Below are positions 49,870 through 59,252 of a stretch of 64,000 bases of DNA, piece after piece. Position 1 is the first letter of the stretch. Every line of letters starts with the position of its first letter. The stretch covers positions 736,001-800,000 of the forward strand of contig CAVZQN010000004.1 in the NCBI GenBank assembly GCA_963777505.1, written 5' to 3'. The position numbers and the translations under genes were made by a program. Below the pieces are notes generated by a model. It was not told where the DNA came from, did no database searches, and saw only the letters and a list, made by a program, of their open reading frames with translations. The DNA is from an uncultured bacterium. Its GTDB lineage: Bacteria; Acidobacteriota; HRBIN11; JAKEFK01.

Positions 49870-51257
49870 ATTCTGGAAACATCAAAAAAATTTACTTGAT
49901 CGGGATTTGCGGCACTGCCATGGCATCCCTTGCCGGTTTATTAAAGCAAAAAGGTTTTGAAGTTTCAGGGTCGGACGCAAATGTATACCCGCCTATGAGC
50001 ACCCAGCTTGAAGAATTGGGTGTTGAACTCTATCAAGGATATCGTGAAAAAAATCTTAGCGATGCTGCCCCTGATCTTGTGATACCAGGAAATGCAGTTC
50101 CGCGTGGCAATGCAGAAGTTGAAGAAATGTTGAATCGTCGCATGCCTTACATTTCAATGGCAGAAGCGCTGAAGAATTTTTTTCTGAATGAAAAGATCCC
50201 AATTGTAATTGCCGGCACGCATGGAAAAACAACAACAACTTCAATGGCTTCCTGGATGTTGCAATCTTCAGGCTTAGAGCCTTCATTTCTTGTTGGTGGC
50301 ATTCCATTAAATTTTGGAAAGAGTTTCCATTGGAATTCCCCCGGCAAATATTTTGTAATTGAAGGCGATGAATATGATACCGGCTTTATGGATCGGCGTC
50401 CGAAGCTGGTTCAATATCTTCCGCAAATTGTGATTTTAAATGCTGTCGAATTTGATCACGCCGATTTGTATTCTGATTTTTCTGCAGTTGAAAATGCATT
50501 CTGGCAATTCATCAAAGTGATTCCTGCAAATGGCAAACTTCTTGTGAACCGTGATAGTGATGCCGCGTATACACTTGCGAAGCGCGGATACAGTGAAGTC
50601 ATTACCTTCGGTTTTCATCCTGATAGTGATTTTCGTATTACGAATGAAGAATGGGATTCAGGAGAGGCGACCTTCTTTCTGAAGGATGATCGGTTCAAAA
50701 TGAAAGTCTTTGGCAAGCATAATGTTGTGAATGCGGCGGGTGTTGCCGTTCTTGGAAAAATACTTGGTTTGACACCCCAACAGATCCAAACCGCATTTCA
50801 TTCGTTTCAAGGAGTGAGGAGACGAATGGAATTGCGGGGCGAAGCGGGGAGCGTTTCAGTTTATGACGACTTCGCACATCACCCGACGGCTATCCGGACA
50901 ACGCTTGAAGGGGTTCGCCTCGCATTTCCAAATGCAAAAATCTGGGCAATTTTTGAGCCCCGTTCCTGGTCAAGCCGCAGAAATGTATTTCAAGACGCAT
51001 TTGCAAAATCATTCGATTTTGCTGATCAAACTATTATTGCATCCGTGTTTGAGCCGGAAAAAGTTCCTGAAGATCAACGATTGGATCCATATCGACTTGT
51101 AAGGGAAATTGGTAATCGTGCACGATACATCAACGATCAGGATGAACTCATTGCTGCTATCATTCGCGAAACCGCGTCCGGTGACAAATTGATTCTGATG
51201 TCAAACGGTTCCTTTGATGGCTTACATGAAAAGATTCTTGCGGAATTGCAGAAGTAG
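49866..51257 (+). CDS. mpl: UDP-MurNAc:tripeptide ligase
   Basis: GICGTAMASLA, VYPPMSTQL, AGTHGKTTT, EGDEYD, DDFAHHPTAI, FEPRS and MSNGSFDG motifs. Confidence 0.9.
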   Translation: MNSGNIKKIYLIGICGTAMASLAGLLKQKGFEVSGSDANVYPPMSTQLEELGVELYQGYREKNLSDAAPDLVIPGNAVPRGNAEVEEMLNRRMPYISMAEALKNFFLNEKIPIVIAGTHGKTTTTSMASWMLQSSGLEPSFLVGGIPLNFGKSFHWNSPGKYFVIEGDEYDTGFMDRRPKLVQYLPQIVILNAVEFDHADLYSDFSAVENAFWQFIKVIPANGKLLVNRDSDAAYTLAKRGYSEVITFGFHPDSDFRITNEEWDSGEATFFLKDDRFKMKVFGKHNVVNAAGVAVLGKILGLTPQQIQTAFHSFQGVRRRMELRGEAGSVSVYDDFAHHPTAIRTTLEGVRLAFPNAKIWAIFEPRSWSSRRNVFQDAFAKSFDFADQTIIASVFEPEKVPEDQRLDPYRLVREIGNRARYINDQDELIAAIIRETASGDKLILMSNGSFDGLHEKILAELQK

Positions 51258-51317
51258 AGGCGGCCCGTGTGGCCGCCCGCAAGTGTGTTCATTTGAGGCG
51301 GGAGACCACAAGGGTCT
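51254..51317. repeat. GTAG-type REP-like element
   Basis: gtagaggcggcccgtgtggccgcc...gggagaccacaagggtct. Confidence 0.5.
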
Positions 51318-51345
51318 AAAAGGTGCAACAGTTTAAGGAGAATTT

Positions 51346-52209
51346 ATGGCACGTCGCGCGGTAAAAAAACAACCATCAAACGGACGAAAACGCTTTCCAG
51401 GTTTGGATCCAAATTCTTTTCAACATCCATTAGATCGTGAAGCAATTAAGAAATTATCAAAACTCCCCGGTCTTTCAACGATGATCCGGAAAGTTTCTGT
51501 GTCTTATTCGGAAAAATTATTCCGAATGAAAAATACTGCAGATAACATTCGTGTATCACCAAAACAAGCGCCAAAGATCTATGAAATGTTTCGGGAGGCG
51601 TGCAATATTCTAGATATTTCCGAACTTCCGGAAATCTATATTGACACCGCGTATCATGCGCAGGCATTTTCTTTCGGTGTGGACCGATATACTGTCACTC
51701 TTCGTACAGGTTTGATTGATCTGATGACCGATGATGAACTCTTGTTTATTATCGGACATGAATTAAGCCACATTAAATGTGCACACATGTTGTATTCAAC
51801 TTTGCTTTATCTTTTGACTTTCGTTGGAACTGAATTATTCGGAATGATATTCAAAGTTGCGAAGATCACATTTTTGCCGCTTGAAATGAAACTTCGTTCC
51901 TGGGAGCGTAAAGCGGAATTTACATCGGATCGTGGTGGACTCTTAGTTGTACAGGATATAAAAGTTGCTCAAACGGCGTTGGTGAAATTAGCTGGTGCTT
52001 CCAAATCTCTTTTATCAACAATCAGTATTGATGAAGTATTAAAACAAGCGGATGATTTGCGCGGCATGGATGAAGAATTACTGGTCCGCGCGATGAAGGT
52101 TTATCACACGGCATTTCGTACACATCCATTTCCAGTGATTCGAATTAAGGAAATCACCAACTGGTCGCAATCGGATCAGCATCGGCGTATTCTGAAATCT
52201 GGAGTTTAA
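51346..52209 (+). CDS. M48 family metallopeptidase
   Basis: FQHPLD, FIIGHELSH, AEFTSDR and THPFP..RI motifs. Confidence 0.9.
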   Translation: MARRAVKKQPSNGRKRFPGLDPNSFQHPLDREAIKKLSKLPGLSTMIRKVSVSYSEKLFRMKNTADNIRVSPKQAPKIYEMFREACNILDISELPEIYIDTAYHAQAFSFGVDRYTVTLRTGLIDLMTDDELLFIIGHELSHIKCAHMLYSTLLYLLTFVGTELFGMIFKVAKITFLPLEMKLRSWERKAEFTSDRGGLLVVQDIKVAQTALVKLAGASKSLLSTISIDEVLKQADDLRGMDEELLVRAMKVYHTAFRTHPFPVIRIKEITNWSQSDQHRRILKSGV

Positions 52210-52221
52210 TTGGTAGTAATT

Positions 52222-52295
52222 GTAGGGGCGGGTCTAAGACCCGCCCGCCAGTGTTCTAGCAACTTTATCGGGCGGGTCTCAGACCCGCGCCCTAC
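52222..52295. repeat. GTAG-type REP doublet
   Basis: gtaggggcgggtctaagacccgccc...gggcgggtctcagacccgcgccctac; two hairpins in inverted orientation. Confidence 0.8.
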
Positions 52296-52302
52296 TACAA
52301 AC

Positions 52303-53538
52303 ATGAAAAATATTCCCGATTCGCTAACACCATTGGAAGCCTGGAGCAAGCTCAGCAAAGTTTCACCCCTTGATACAAAGTTTCACAAGGTGAAACATGC
52401 TATGAACCTGGTTTTGGCTGAAGAGTTGCGGGCTACAGAAGATGTTCCTTCCGGCCATCGCTCTTTCATGGACGGCTATGCAGTTCGATCGCAGGACACA
52501 CTTTCCGCTCCTTTAGTCCTGGATCTGATCGGTGAAATAGGAATGGGGGAGCAACCACAAAACAGCCTTTCGGCGCAAAAGACAATTCGCATTCCAACAG
52601 GTGGTTTTCTGCCTGAATCGGCTGACGCAGTTGTGATGCAAGAAAACACAGAACTTCTGAATGGAAGCGTCAAAATATTGAAGCCAGTTAAACAATGGGA
52701 AAATGTGCAATTCCGCGGTGAAGATTTTCGAAAAGGCGACACCTTGTTACCGCATGGCCATCGTTTAAGGCCACAAGATTTATCTGGCATTGCAACATTT
52801 GGAATTTCTGAAATCAAGATTTATCCAAAACCTGTTTTACGAATCTTCAGCACTGGAAATGAACTCGTACCATTTGAACAAAGTGATGTCGCTGCAGGAA
52901 TGATTCGAGAAACGAATGCGTTGTCTTTGTCAAATGCATCTTCAAAGTTTGGATTTGAATCGGAAGTCTCCGGAATTTTCAAAGATGAGTTTGATATTCA
53001 AAGGAATGCTCTTGCAAAAGCTCTTGAAGTTGCGGATGTCGTTCTAATTTCCGGAGGTAGTTCAGTTGGGGATCGCGATTATTCGCTTGAAGTCATCCAA
53101 TCATTTAGCGATCACGAAATTATTTTTCATGGCCTTGCGATTCGTCCGGGTAATCCAACGATCTTTGCAAGAATCGGGAAGCGGTATGTTTTCGGACTTC
53201 CGGGACAACCAGTCTCTTCATTGATTGTTTTTTATCAATTTGTTTTGCCATTTTTGTTTCATTTATCAGGTTTGAAAGTGGATTATTCCACTTTTCACGA
53301 TTCCAACTTTGTATCGATGATGGTTCATCTAGTAGAACCAATTCAGCCGCTGAAAACGAAAACAGATTATGTGAGACTTCAAATCAGTCAGTCTAAAAAT
53401 GGATACGAAGCGAAGCCTATTTTAGGAAAGTCTGCGAGCCTTTCAACGCTGGTTCTGGCCCATGGATATACAGTCGTGCCTCCTGGTCAGGCGATTATTG
53501 AGGCCGGCTCACCTCTAAAAGCTTATCTTTTCCCGTAG
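52303..53538 (+). CDS. moeA: Molybdopterin molybdotransferase
   Basis: MDGYAV, IPTGG, ADAVVMQE, FSTGNEL, SGGSSVG.RD, RPGNP and GLPGQPVS motifs; ATG at 52303 after the REP. Confidence 0.92.
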   Translation: MKNIPDSLTPLEAWSKLSKVSPLDTKFHKVKHAMNLVLAEELRATEDVPSGHRSFMDGYAVRSQDTLSAPLVLDLIGEIGMGEQPQNSLSAQKTIRIPTGGFLPESADAVVMQENTELLNGSVKILKPVKQWENVQFRGEDFRKGDTLLPHGHRLRPQDLSGIATFGISEIKIYPKPVLRIFSTGNELVPFEQSDVAAGMIRETNALSLSNASSKFGFESEVSGIFKDEFDIQRNALAKALEVADVVLISGGSSVGDRDYSLEVIQSFSDHEIIFHGLAIRPGNPTIFARIGKRYVFGLPGQPVSSLIVFYQFVLPFLFHLSGLKVDYSTFHDSNFVSMMVHLVEPIQPLKTKTDYVRLQISQSKNGYEAKPILGKSASLSTLVLAHGYTVVPPGQAIIEAGSPLKAYLFP

Positions 53539-53545
53539 GGTTGTC

Positions 53546-53653
53546 GGAGCGCAGGCTTCCAGCCTGCATTTCGGGCCGCGGACTTCTAGTCCGCAATTCT
53601 TCTGCAGGCAAGATGCCTGCGGCCCGTAATGCGGGCAAAGATGCCCGCGCTCC
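53546..53653. repeat. GGAG-type REP-like cluster
   Basis: ggagcgcaggcttccagcctgc...gcaggcaagatgcctgcggccc...gcgggcaaagatgcccgcgctcc. Confidence 0.75.
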
Positions 53654-53687
53654 GATATGGTAAACTGCCTTCAGATTTACAAGTTTC

Positions 53688-55469
53688 ATGACACCGATTT
53701 CATTCCGTGAAAGTCAGAACATTGTCAACGAACGTGCTTCTTTATTGCACGCAACTCGCGAGAGAATAAAAACCCGTGAGTCCATTCATCGTGTGCTTTC
53801 CGAAGCGATTTATGCTCTCCGCTCGAATCCATCTTGCGAGGTCGCTGCAATGGATGGAATCGCAGTCGATGCAACTCAAATCCATTCCTATCCTGCGCGG
53901 ACCACGCACTGGAAGCGTATCAATACCGGGGAAGTGATCGATTCAGAATGGAATGCAGTCGTAAAGATTGAAGATCTGGAATTCGAAGACGATGTTGCGA
54001 TCATTTCTGCTCCAATTGCACCGATGCAACACATTCGACTCAAAGGTGAAGATTTTGCTGAAGGTGTATTGCTTTTCGCAGCGGGTCACTGTTTGAGTGC
54101 ACCAGATCTTTCTCTTTTATTAACCGCCGGACACGAAACTGTGGAAGTTCTGAAAAAGCCTGTAATCACATTTTTGCCGACCGGTTCTGAAATTATTTCT
54201 GCAAGCATCATTGAGTCGAATTCTGCGATGGTTCGTGCACTCGTAGAATCCTGGGGAGGTGTTTTCAAAATTGCCGATCCAGTTGCAGATGATGTTGCCG
54301 CGCTCAAGCGAGCCATTCGTGAGGCTGTTGCGAATAGTGACATTGTTATTGTTTCCGCAGGAACTTCAATGGGAACACGCGATTTAACGGCGTCAACAAT
54401 TCAAGAACTCGGAACACTCTGGTTTCATAGAGTTGCTTTACAGCCAGCGAAACCTGTATTGATGGGACAGATTGGTGATGTTCCGGTTATCGGTATGCCG
54501 GGTTATCCCGTGTCGGCGTACATTTCTTCGATTTATTTTTTGCAGCCTCTTGTTAAGGCGCTTTCAGGATTGCCTACACATTCGCGTCAGGAAGTTCACA
54601 TTAGTGCCGAAGATGTATCTGCGCGAAATGTCGATACGATTTACCGGGTCAATCTTTTCGAAGTTGATGGACGAATCTATGTTCGGAAAATTTCAAGCGG
54701 GGCGGGGTCTGTATCATCCCTTACAAAAATGGATGGTTTGATGCACGTTCCTGCGGAGACAGAAATTCATAAACGGGATGGTCTTCGTATCGATATAATT
54801 TTGGATCGTTCAGCGAATACACTTGCAATCCGCGGTTCTTCCGACCCAGCTCTGCAACATCTCTGGGATCTATTCAAAATCGCGATGCCATCCCATCGAA
54901 TTTTATTCTGGCAAGCAACTCCGGAAGATGCGCTGCAAAGCATTATTGAAAAGAACTGTCATATTGCAATCATCAATACGTTTCCTGAAAATGATTTATT
55001 TCCTGAATTCGCGCGACAACTCCAGGAAAATATGCTGCGATACCGGATTCTTACGCGCACTGTTGGTCTAACCGTACCTAATCCTTCTACGGTAAATAGT
55101 CTTCATGACCTGCCAAACAATTTTCAGGTCGCAATCCCGCAAAATAATTTGCATTTGTGGCCAAAATTGAATGACCTGAAGCATACGCCAATAAATTTGA
55201 TTGATAATGGAGTCTTACGATGGATTAAATCGCAACCAGACACCGGTGCTTTCGTAGATATCAGATTTTTGAAATCGAACGAAAAAGTCTTACTTGAAGT
55301 ACACGAACATTTTGATCTGATTGTCTCGGAAAGCTATAGCGAACTCCCACCTATCAAAAAGTTGATAGATCTGCTACTTTCGCCGCAATATGGGGAATTG
55401 ATCGCATCAATGCGTGGATGCGACCCCCGCTCTCGAGGATTGTTGCACGAAACCTACGACGTGCTCTAA
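53688..55469 (+). CDS. MoeA-family protein fused to a degenerate PBP/LysR substrate-binding-like domain
   Basis: AAMDGIAV, INTG, PTGSE, IESNS, AGTS.G.RD and PGYPVSA motifs, plus a ~220-aa C-terminal extension. Confidence 0.82.
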   Translation: MTPISFRESQNIVNERASLLHATRERIKTRESIHRVLSEAIYALRSNPSCEVAAMDGIAVDATQIHSYPARTTHWKRINTGEVIDSEWNAVVKIEDLEFEDDVAIISAPIAPMQHIRLKGEDFAEGVLLFAAGHCLSAPDLSLLLTAGHETVEVLKKPVITFLPTGSEIISASIIESNSAMVRALVESWGGVFKIADPVADDVAALKRAIREAVANSDIVIVSAGTSMGTRDLTASTIQELGTLWFHRVALQPAKPVLMGQIGDVPVIGMPGYPVSAYISSIYFLQPLVKALSGLPTHSRQEVHISAEDVSARNVDTIYRVNLFEVDGRIYVRKISSGAGSVSSLTKMDGLMHVPAETEIHKRDGLRIDIILDRSANTLAIRGSSDPALQHLWDLFKIAMPSHRILFWQATPEDALQSIIEKNCHIAIINTFPENDLFPEFARQLQENMLRYRILTRTVGLTVPNPSTVNSLHDLPNNFQVAIPQNNLHLWPKLNDLKHTPINLIDNGVLRWIKSQPDTGAFVDIRFLKSNEKVLLEVHEHFDLIVSESYSELPPIKKLIDLLLSPQYGELIASMRGCDPRSRGLLHETYDVL

Positions 55470-55478
55470 GATTCACCG

Positions 55479-55494
55479 TGGCACAGAATTTGTA
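55479..55494 (+). promoter_or_regulatory. Putative sigma54 (-24/-12) promoter
   Basis: TGGCAC-agaat-TTGTA versus consensus TGGCAC-N5-TTGCW; 21 nt upstream of the kinase ATG, in an operon encoding a sigma54 activator. Confidence 0.6.
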
Positions 55495-55515
55495 AGGAAA
55501 TTGGAAGGAAGTCTT

Positions 55516-56943
55516 ATGTTTAAGCGGATAGGAAGCAGGGTTCTCGCTCTATTCGTTCTGTCTGTGGCCGTGCTCGTAATTCTGCTTGGTTTTGTTTTTT
55601 ATTTCATTGGAGCTCGTTCACTTGAAAAGCAAGTTGACAGCAACTTGAAATCAACGGCAGTAGTTCTTGCGTCACAATGGGATGGCTCGATTTTGTTATT
55701 ACTAAAACCTGGAATGGAAAATGCTCCACTTTTTCAATCATTCACTCGCCGGATACTCCGGATGAAAGAGCAAGCTCAAGTTCATGCAATTTATATCGCT
55801 ACACCTGAAAGAACGCAGATTATTTCAACCGAAAGTCCGATTAGAATTGGGCAGTCCTTGCCGCGTTTGGATTTGCTGCAATCAGAAATGACAGAAGCTA
55901 TGAAGGGAAATGCAGCAGTCTCTGATCTGGTTCGTGTTGAGAATCATCAGTACAAAAGTGCGATCGCACCGGTTTATGCAGGCGATCGTATCGCAGCAGT
56001 CTTGATGGTTGATATGAGTCCATGGTACCTGGTGTACCTGAAATCATTTCGTAACTCACTCTTATTGTTTACGCTTCTTGCGCTTGCTGGAGCAGCGGTG
56101 CTTGCAAGACTCTTTTCAAGAACAATTACTGAACCCATTTCAAAAATGGTTGAACGAGTGGATGAGATCGGACGTGCACGCTATGAAGAACCTCTTGAAG
56201 TTTCAGGTGGTGATGAGTTAGGACGTTTAGCATCATCGATCGAAACAATGAGACAGAATATTCACAAACGCGATGCACAAATGCGGATGATGCTGAGCGG
56301 GGTAGCGCATGAGATTCGAAATCCTCTTGGCGGCATTGAATTGTTTGCAGGAATTCTGGAAAAGGAAAATCTTAACTCAGAACATCGTGAATATCTGCGC
56401 AAGATTCAATGGGAAATTCAACAACTTAAACGGCTGTTGAATGAATTCCTGGATTTTGCTCGTCCAAGAAATCTTCAATTCGAGAAAGTCGAGCTTTCAG
56501 GATTAATGGAAGAAATCCGAAGTCTTGTGGGAAATGATATTGAAACGCGAAGTGCGCGATGGATTGTTGATGTTCAGCCGGATGTTTCATTGATCGAAGC
56601 AGATCGGAGTAAATTGCGCCAGGCACTTTTGAATCTTTACAGAAATGCATTCCAATCAATTCCTGAAACGGGTGATGTGCAATCGCGGATCCGAAGAAAT
56701 GGTTCGGGGATTGTAATGGAAATATCTAATAGCCAGATAAAGAAACTGGATCCCGAAGTGGAAAGAAGAATTTTTGAACCGTTTTATACCACACGTGAAA
56801 AGGGGATTGGTCTCGGTCTGCCTCTGGCAAAACGCATTATTGAAGCGCATGGTGGAGAAATTCAGTTAGCGGAAAATTCAGATTCCCAGATTACGTTTGC
56901 AGTAAAGCTTCCCGGAATCAAACGCGAAAATGCAACCTGGTAA
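55516..56943 (+). CDS. Membrane sensor histidine kinase (HAMP + HisKA + HATPase)
   Basis: Two TMs; DELGRLA (HAMP), AHEIRNPL, NLYRNA and FEPFYTT..GIGLGL; ATG at 55516 with RBS. Confidence 0.93.
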   Translation: MFKRIGSRVLALFVLSVAVLVILLGFVFYFIGARSLEKQVDSNLKSTAVVLASQWDGSILLLLKPGMENAPLFQSFTRRILRMKEQAQVHAIYIATPERTQIISTESPIRIGQSLPRLDLLQSEMTEAMKGNAAVSDLVRVENHQYKSAIAPVYAGDRIAAVLMVDMSPWYLVYLKSFRNSLLLFTLLALAGAAVLARLFSRTITEPISKMVERVDEIGRARYEEPLEVSGGDELGRLASSIETMRQNIHKRDAQMRMMLSGVAHEIRNPLGGIELFAGILEKENLNSEHREYLRKIQWEIQQLKRLLNEFLDFARPRNLQFEKVELSGLMEEIRSLVGNDIETRSARWIVDVQPDVSLIEADRSKLRQALLNLYRNAFQSIPETGDVQSRIRRNGSGIVMEISNSQIKKLDPEVERRIFEPFYTTREKGIGLGLPLAKRIIEAHGGEIQLAENSDSQITFAVKLPGIKRENATW

Positions 56944-56973
56944 TCTCTGCGCCTTTGTGGTGAAAGTATATCT

Positions 56974-58329
56974 ATGAGCAGAATTTGGATTATTGAAGAC
57001 GACCGAACAATACGCGAAGCCATTGAAGTCATTTTAAAAAAGGATGGCCATGCAGTTCGTGTGTTCAGGAGTGCTGAAGAAGCATTAAATGGTGTGGAGG
57101 GTGAGCCGGAACTTCTCATTTCCGATTACAAACTGCCGGGTATGAATGGCATTGAATTGATTCGGCACTTTAAATCGAAGAGTCCGGCGATGGAATCGAT
57201 TGTGATTACAGCATTCGGAAGCATCGACCTTGCTGTGGAGGCGATCAAACAAGGCGCGAGTGATTTTCTAACAAAGCCATTTTCACCTGATGAATTAATG
57301 CTGAAAGTACATCAACTTTCTACCCTGAGCAGAGTTAAAGAGCAGACACAATATCTTGAAGAAGAAATGCGCAGCGCATTTTCTGACTATGAAATCGTTG
57401 GCAACTCTGAAGAAATGAAGCGCATCTATGCGCTGCTTTCAAAAGTATCAAAGAGTGAATCAACAGTTCTTATTCAAGGTGAAAGCGGTACAGGAAAAGA
57501 GCTGATAGCCCGTTTCATTCATCATAACTCACGGCGTAATCATGGACCTTTTATTAAGGTAAATTGCGCTGCACTTGCGGAAGGCATTTTGGAAAGTGAA
57601 TTATTCGGACATGAAAAAGGCGCCTTCACGGGCTCCATCCGGCAGCGGAAAGGCCGGTTTGAGCTTGCGCATCAAGGCACTATTTTTCTTGACGAAATCG
57701 CAGACCTTGCAACCGGCGTTCAAGTGAAATTATTGCGTGTCATTCAGGAAGGTGAGTTGGAACGTGTCGGAGGTGAACAGACACTTCATGTCGATGTGCG
57801 GATCATTGCTGCAACAAACCGGAAACTTTCAGAAATGGTCCAACAATCAGAGTTTCGTGAAGATCTGTATTACAGGTTAAACGTCATACCGATTGATCTT
57901 CCACCATTACGAAAGCGAAAAAGCGATATTCCGGATCTTGTAATTTTCTTTTTGAAACGTCTGGCGCGAGATAACAAACGTACGGAAATTACGATTGAAC
58001 CTGAGGCGATGCAACTCCTTTTGGATTATCCATGGCCCGGTAATATTCGTGAATTAGAAAATGTTTTGGAACGTGCGGTTGTTCTTTGCGACAGCGACAG
58101 GATTACTGTGCATGAACTTCCATTTGTTCATGAATCATCACCTTCTTTAGCCGGCAAGCCTGTTCAATTGTTCGACGGCAATCTTGATGACCGGTTGGCT
58201 GATATGGAAAAACAATTATTGTTGAAGGCCATGCAGGATGCACATGGTGTAAAAACTCGTGCTGCAAGATCGCTTGGAATCAAGACATCGACTCTATATT
58301 ACAAGTTGGAGAAATACGGACTGATATGA
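56974..58329 (+). CDS. NtrC-family sigma54-dependent response regulator
   Basis: Receiver (EDD, SDYKLP, KPF); GESGTGKE, GAFTGS, FLDEI and WPGNIREL; Fis-type HTH. Confidence 0.96.
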   Translation: MSRIWIIEDDRTIREAIEVILKKDGHAVRVFRSAEEALNGVEGEPELLISDYKLPGMNGIELIRHFKSKSPAMESIVITAFGSIDLAVEAIKQGASDFLTKPFSPDELMLKVHQLSTLSRVKEQTQYLEEEMRSAFSDYEIVGNSEEMKRIYALLSKVSKSESTVLIQGESGTGKELIARFIHHNSRRNHGPFIKVNCAALAEGILESELFGHEKGAFTGSIRQRKGRFELAHQGTIFLDEIADLATGVQVKLLRVIQEGELERVGGEQTLHVDVRIIAATNRKLSEMVQQSEFREDLYYRLNVIPIDLPPLRKRKSDIPDLVIFFLKRLARDNKRTEITIEPEAMQLLLDYPWPGNIRELENVLERAVVLCDSDRITVHELPFVHESSPSLAGKPVQLFDGNLDDRLADMEKQLLLKAMQDAHGVKTRAARSLGIKTSTLYYKLEKYGLI

Positions 58330-59252
58330 AACGAAGTTTTTTTGCAGCATTATTGTTAACCTATTTTATCTCGCCTGTATTTGCACAGGATTTTGAAACT
58401 CAATACAAGCAGTTGTCAGGCCTCGAAAAGCAAATCAAGGAATTGAAAGCCGAATATAACAGCGAGAAACAAAACAACGATCTTCGTTTAACAAGAATCC
58501 AGCAGGCCAAATCAAAAGGAAATTCTCAGGCGGCCGAAAGTGAGTTAAAGGATGCGTATGTCGCCGCAGAACGGCTTAACCAACTCAATGGAAAGGTAAA
58601 TCAAAAACAGCAAGAGATTGATGCGCTTTGTTCAACATGGGGAAAACTTTATGGGCCTTCTGTTGATACCCTGCTGGCAGAGGCGGAAAAGAATTCTGAT
58701 AGCAAAAAGCGCGCTGAAATTGGAGCGCGATTGCAGAAATATCAGTCTTTAAATTCACGTTTGTGTTTGAAAACTTTGAATAGTTTTTCAACCGAGTGGA
58801 AAGCCTTACAAATTGAACCTTATGATGGTCCTCAAGAAATCATGCTGAAGGTACAGCTTCTAAAGGATATTGAACGAGAAATGGCGATCGGTATTACGCG
58901 ATTTGAGGAGCAGTATCGGCAGATTACTCGTGAGCGTTTAACGCGTGAGCGCGCGCAAGAATTTGTTGATGAAGGTACGCTGTTTGATGGCGGGATTACA
59001 GTCCGATCTCAACCAAAAGGAGGGATCGATGCAGAGGGCTATGTACCACTTTCCGGCGCGCAGGATCGTGCCAGCCCGGGACCGGAAGCCGCTCCTAGCG
59101 AAGTTATGTCCGTCGGTTCTTCCTGGAACGATGTTCCAACTACAGAAGAGGACTACAAAAAGCAACGTTCCGATTTGACGAAACAACAGGAAGAACTTCG
59201 AAATAAAATCAAACAATTCGAGGAACAAGAAAAAGCACTATTAAAGCCATGA
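58326..59252 (+). CDS. Secreted coiled-coil hypothetical protein
   Basis: Signal peptide ending VFA; long heptad helices; ATGA overlap with the regulator. Confidence 0.75.
   Translation: MKRSFFAALLLTYFISPVFAQDFETQYKQLSGLEKQIKELKAEYNSEKQNNDLRLTRIQQAKSKGNSQAAESELKDAYVAAERLNQLNGKVNQKQQEIDALCSTWGKLYGPSVDTLLAEAEKNSDSKKRAEIGARLQKYQSLNSRLCLKTLNSFSTEWKALQIEPYDGPQEIMLKVQLLKDIEREMAIGITRFEEQYRQITRERLTRERAQEFVDEGTLFDGGITVRSQPKGGIDAEGYVPLSGAQDRASPGPEAAPSEVMSVGSSWNDVPTTEEDYKKQRSDLTKQQEELRNKIKQFEEQEKALLKP

Noticed and set aside
52210-52302. N-terminal extension of MoeA
   Set aside because: It is a translation of the REP doublet; ATG at 52303 is the plausible start.
55414-55515. N-terminal extension of the histidine kinase
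   Set aside because: It overlaps the upstream gene and the sigma54-like promoter; ATG at 55516 has an RBS.
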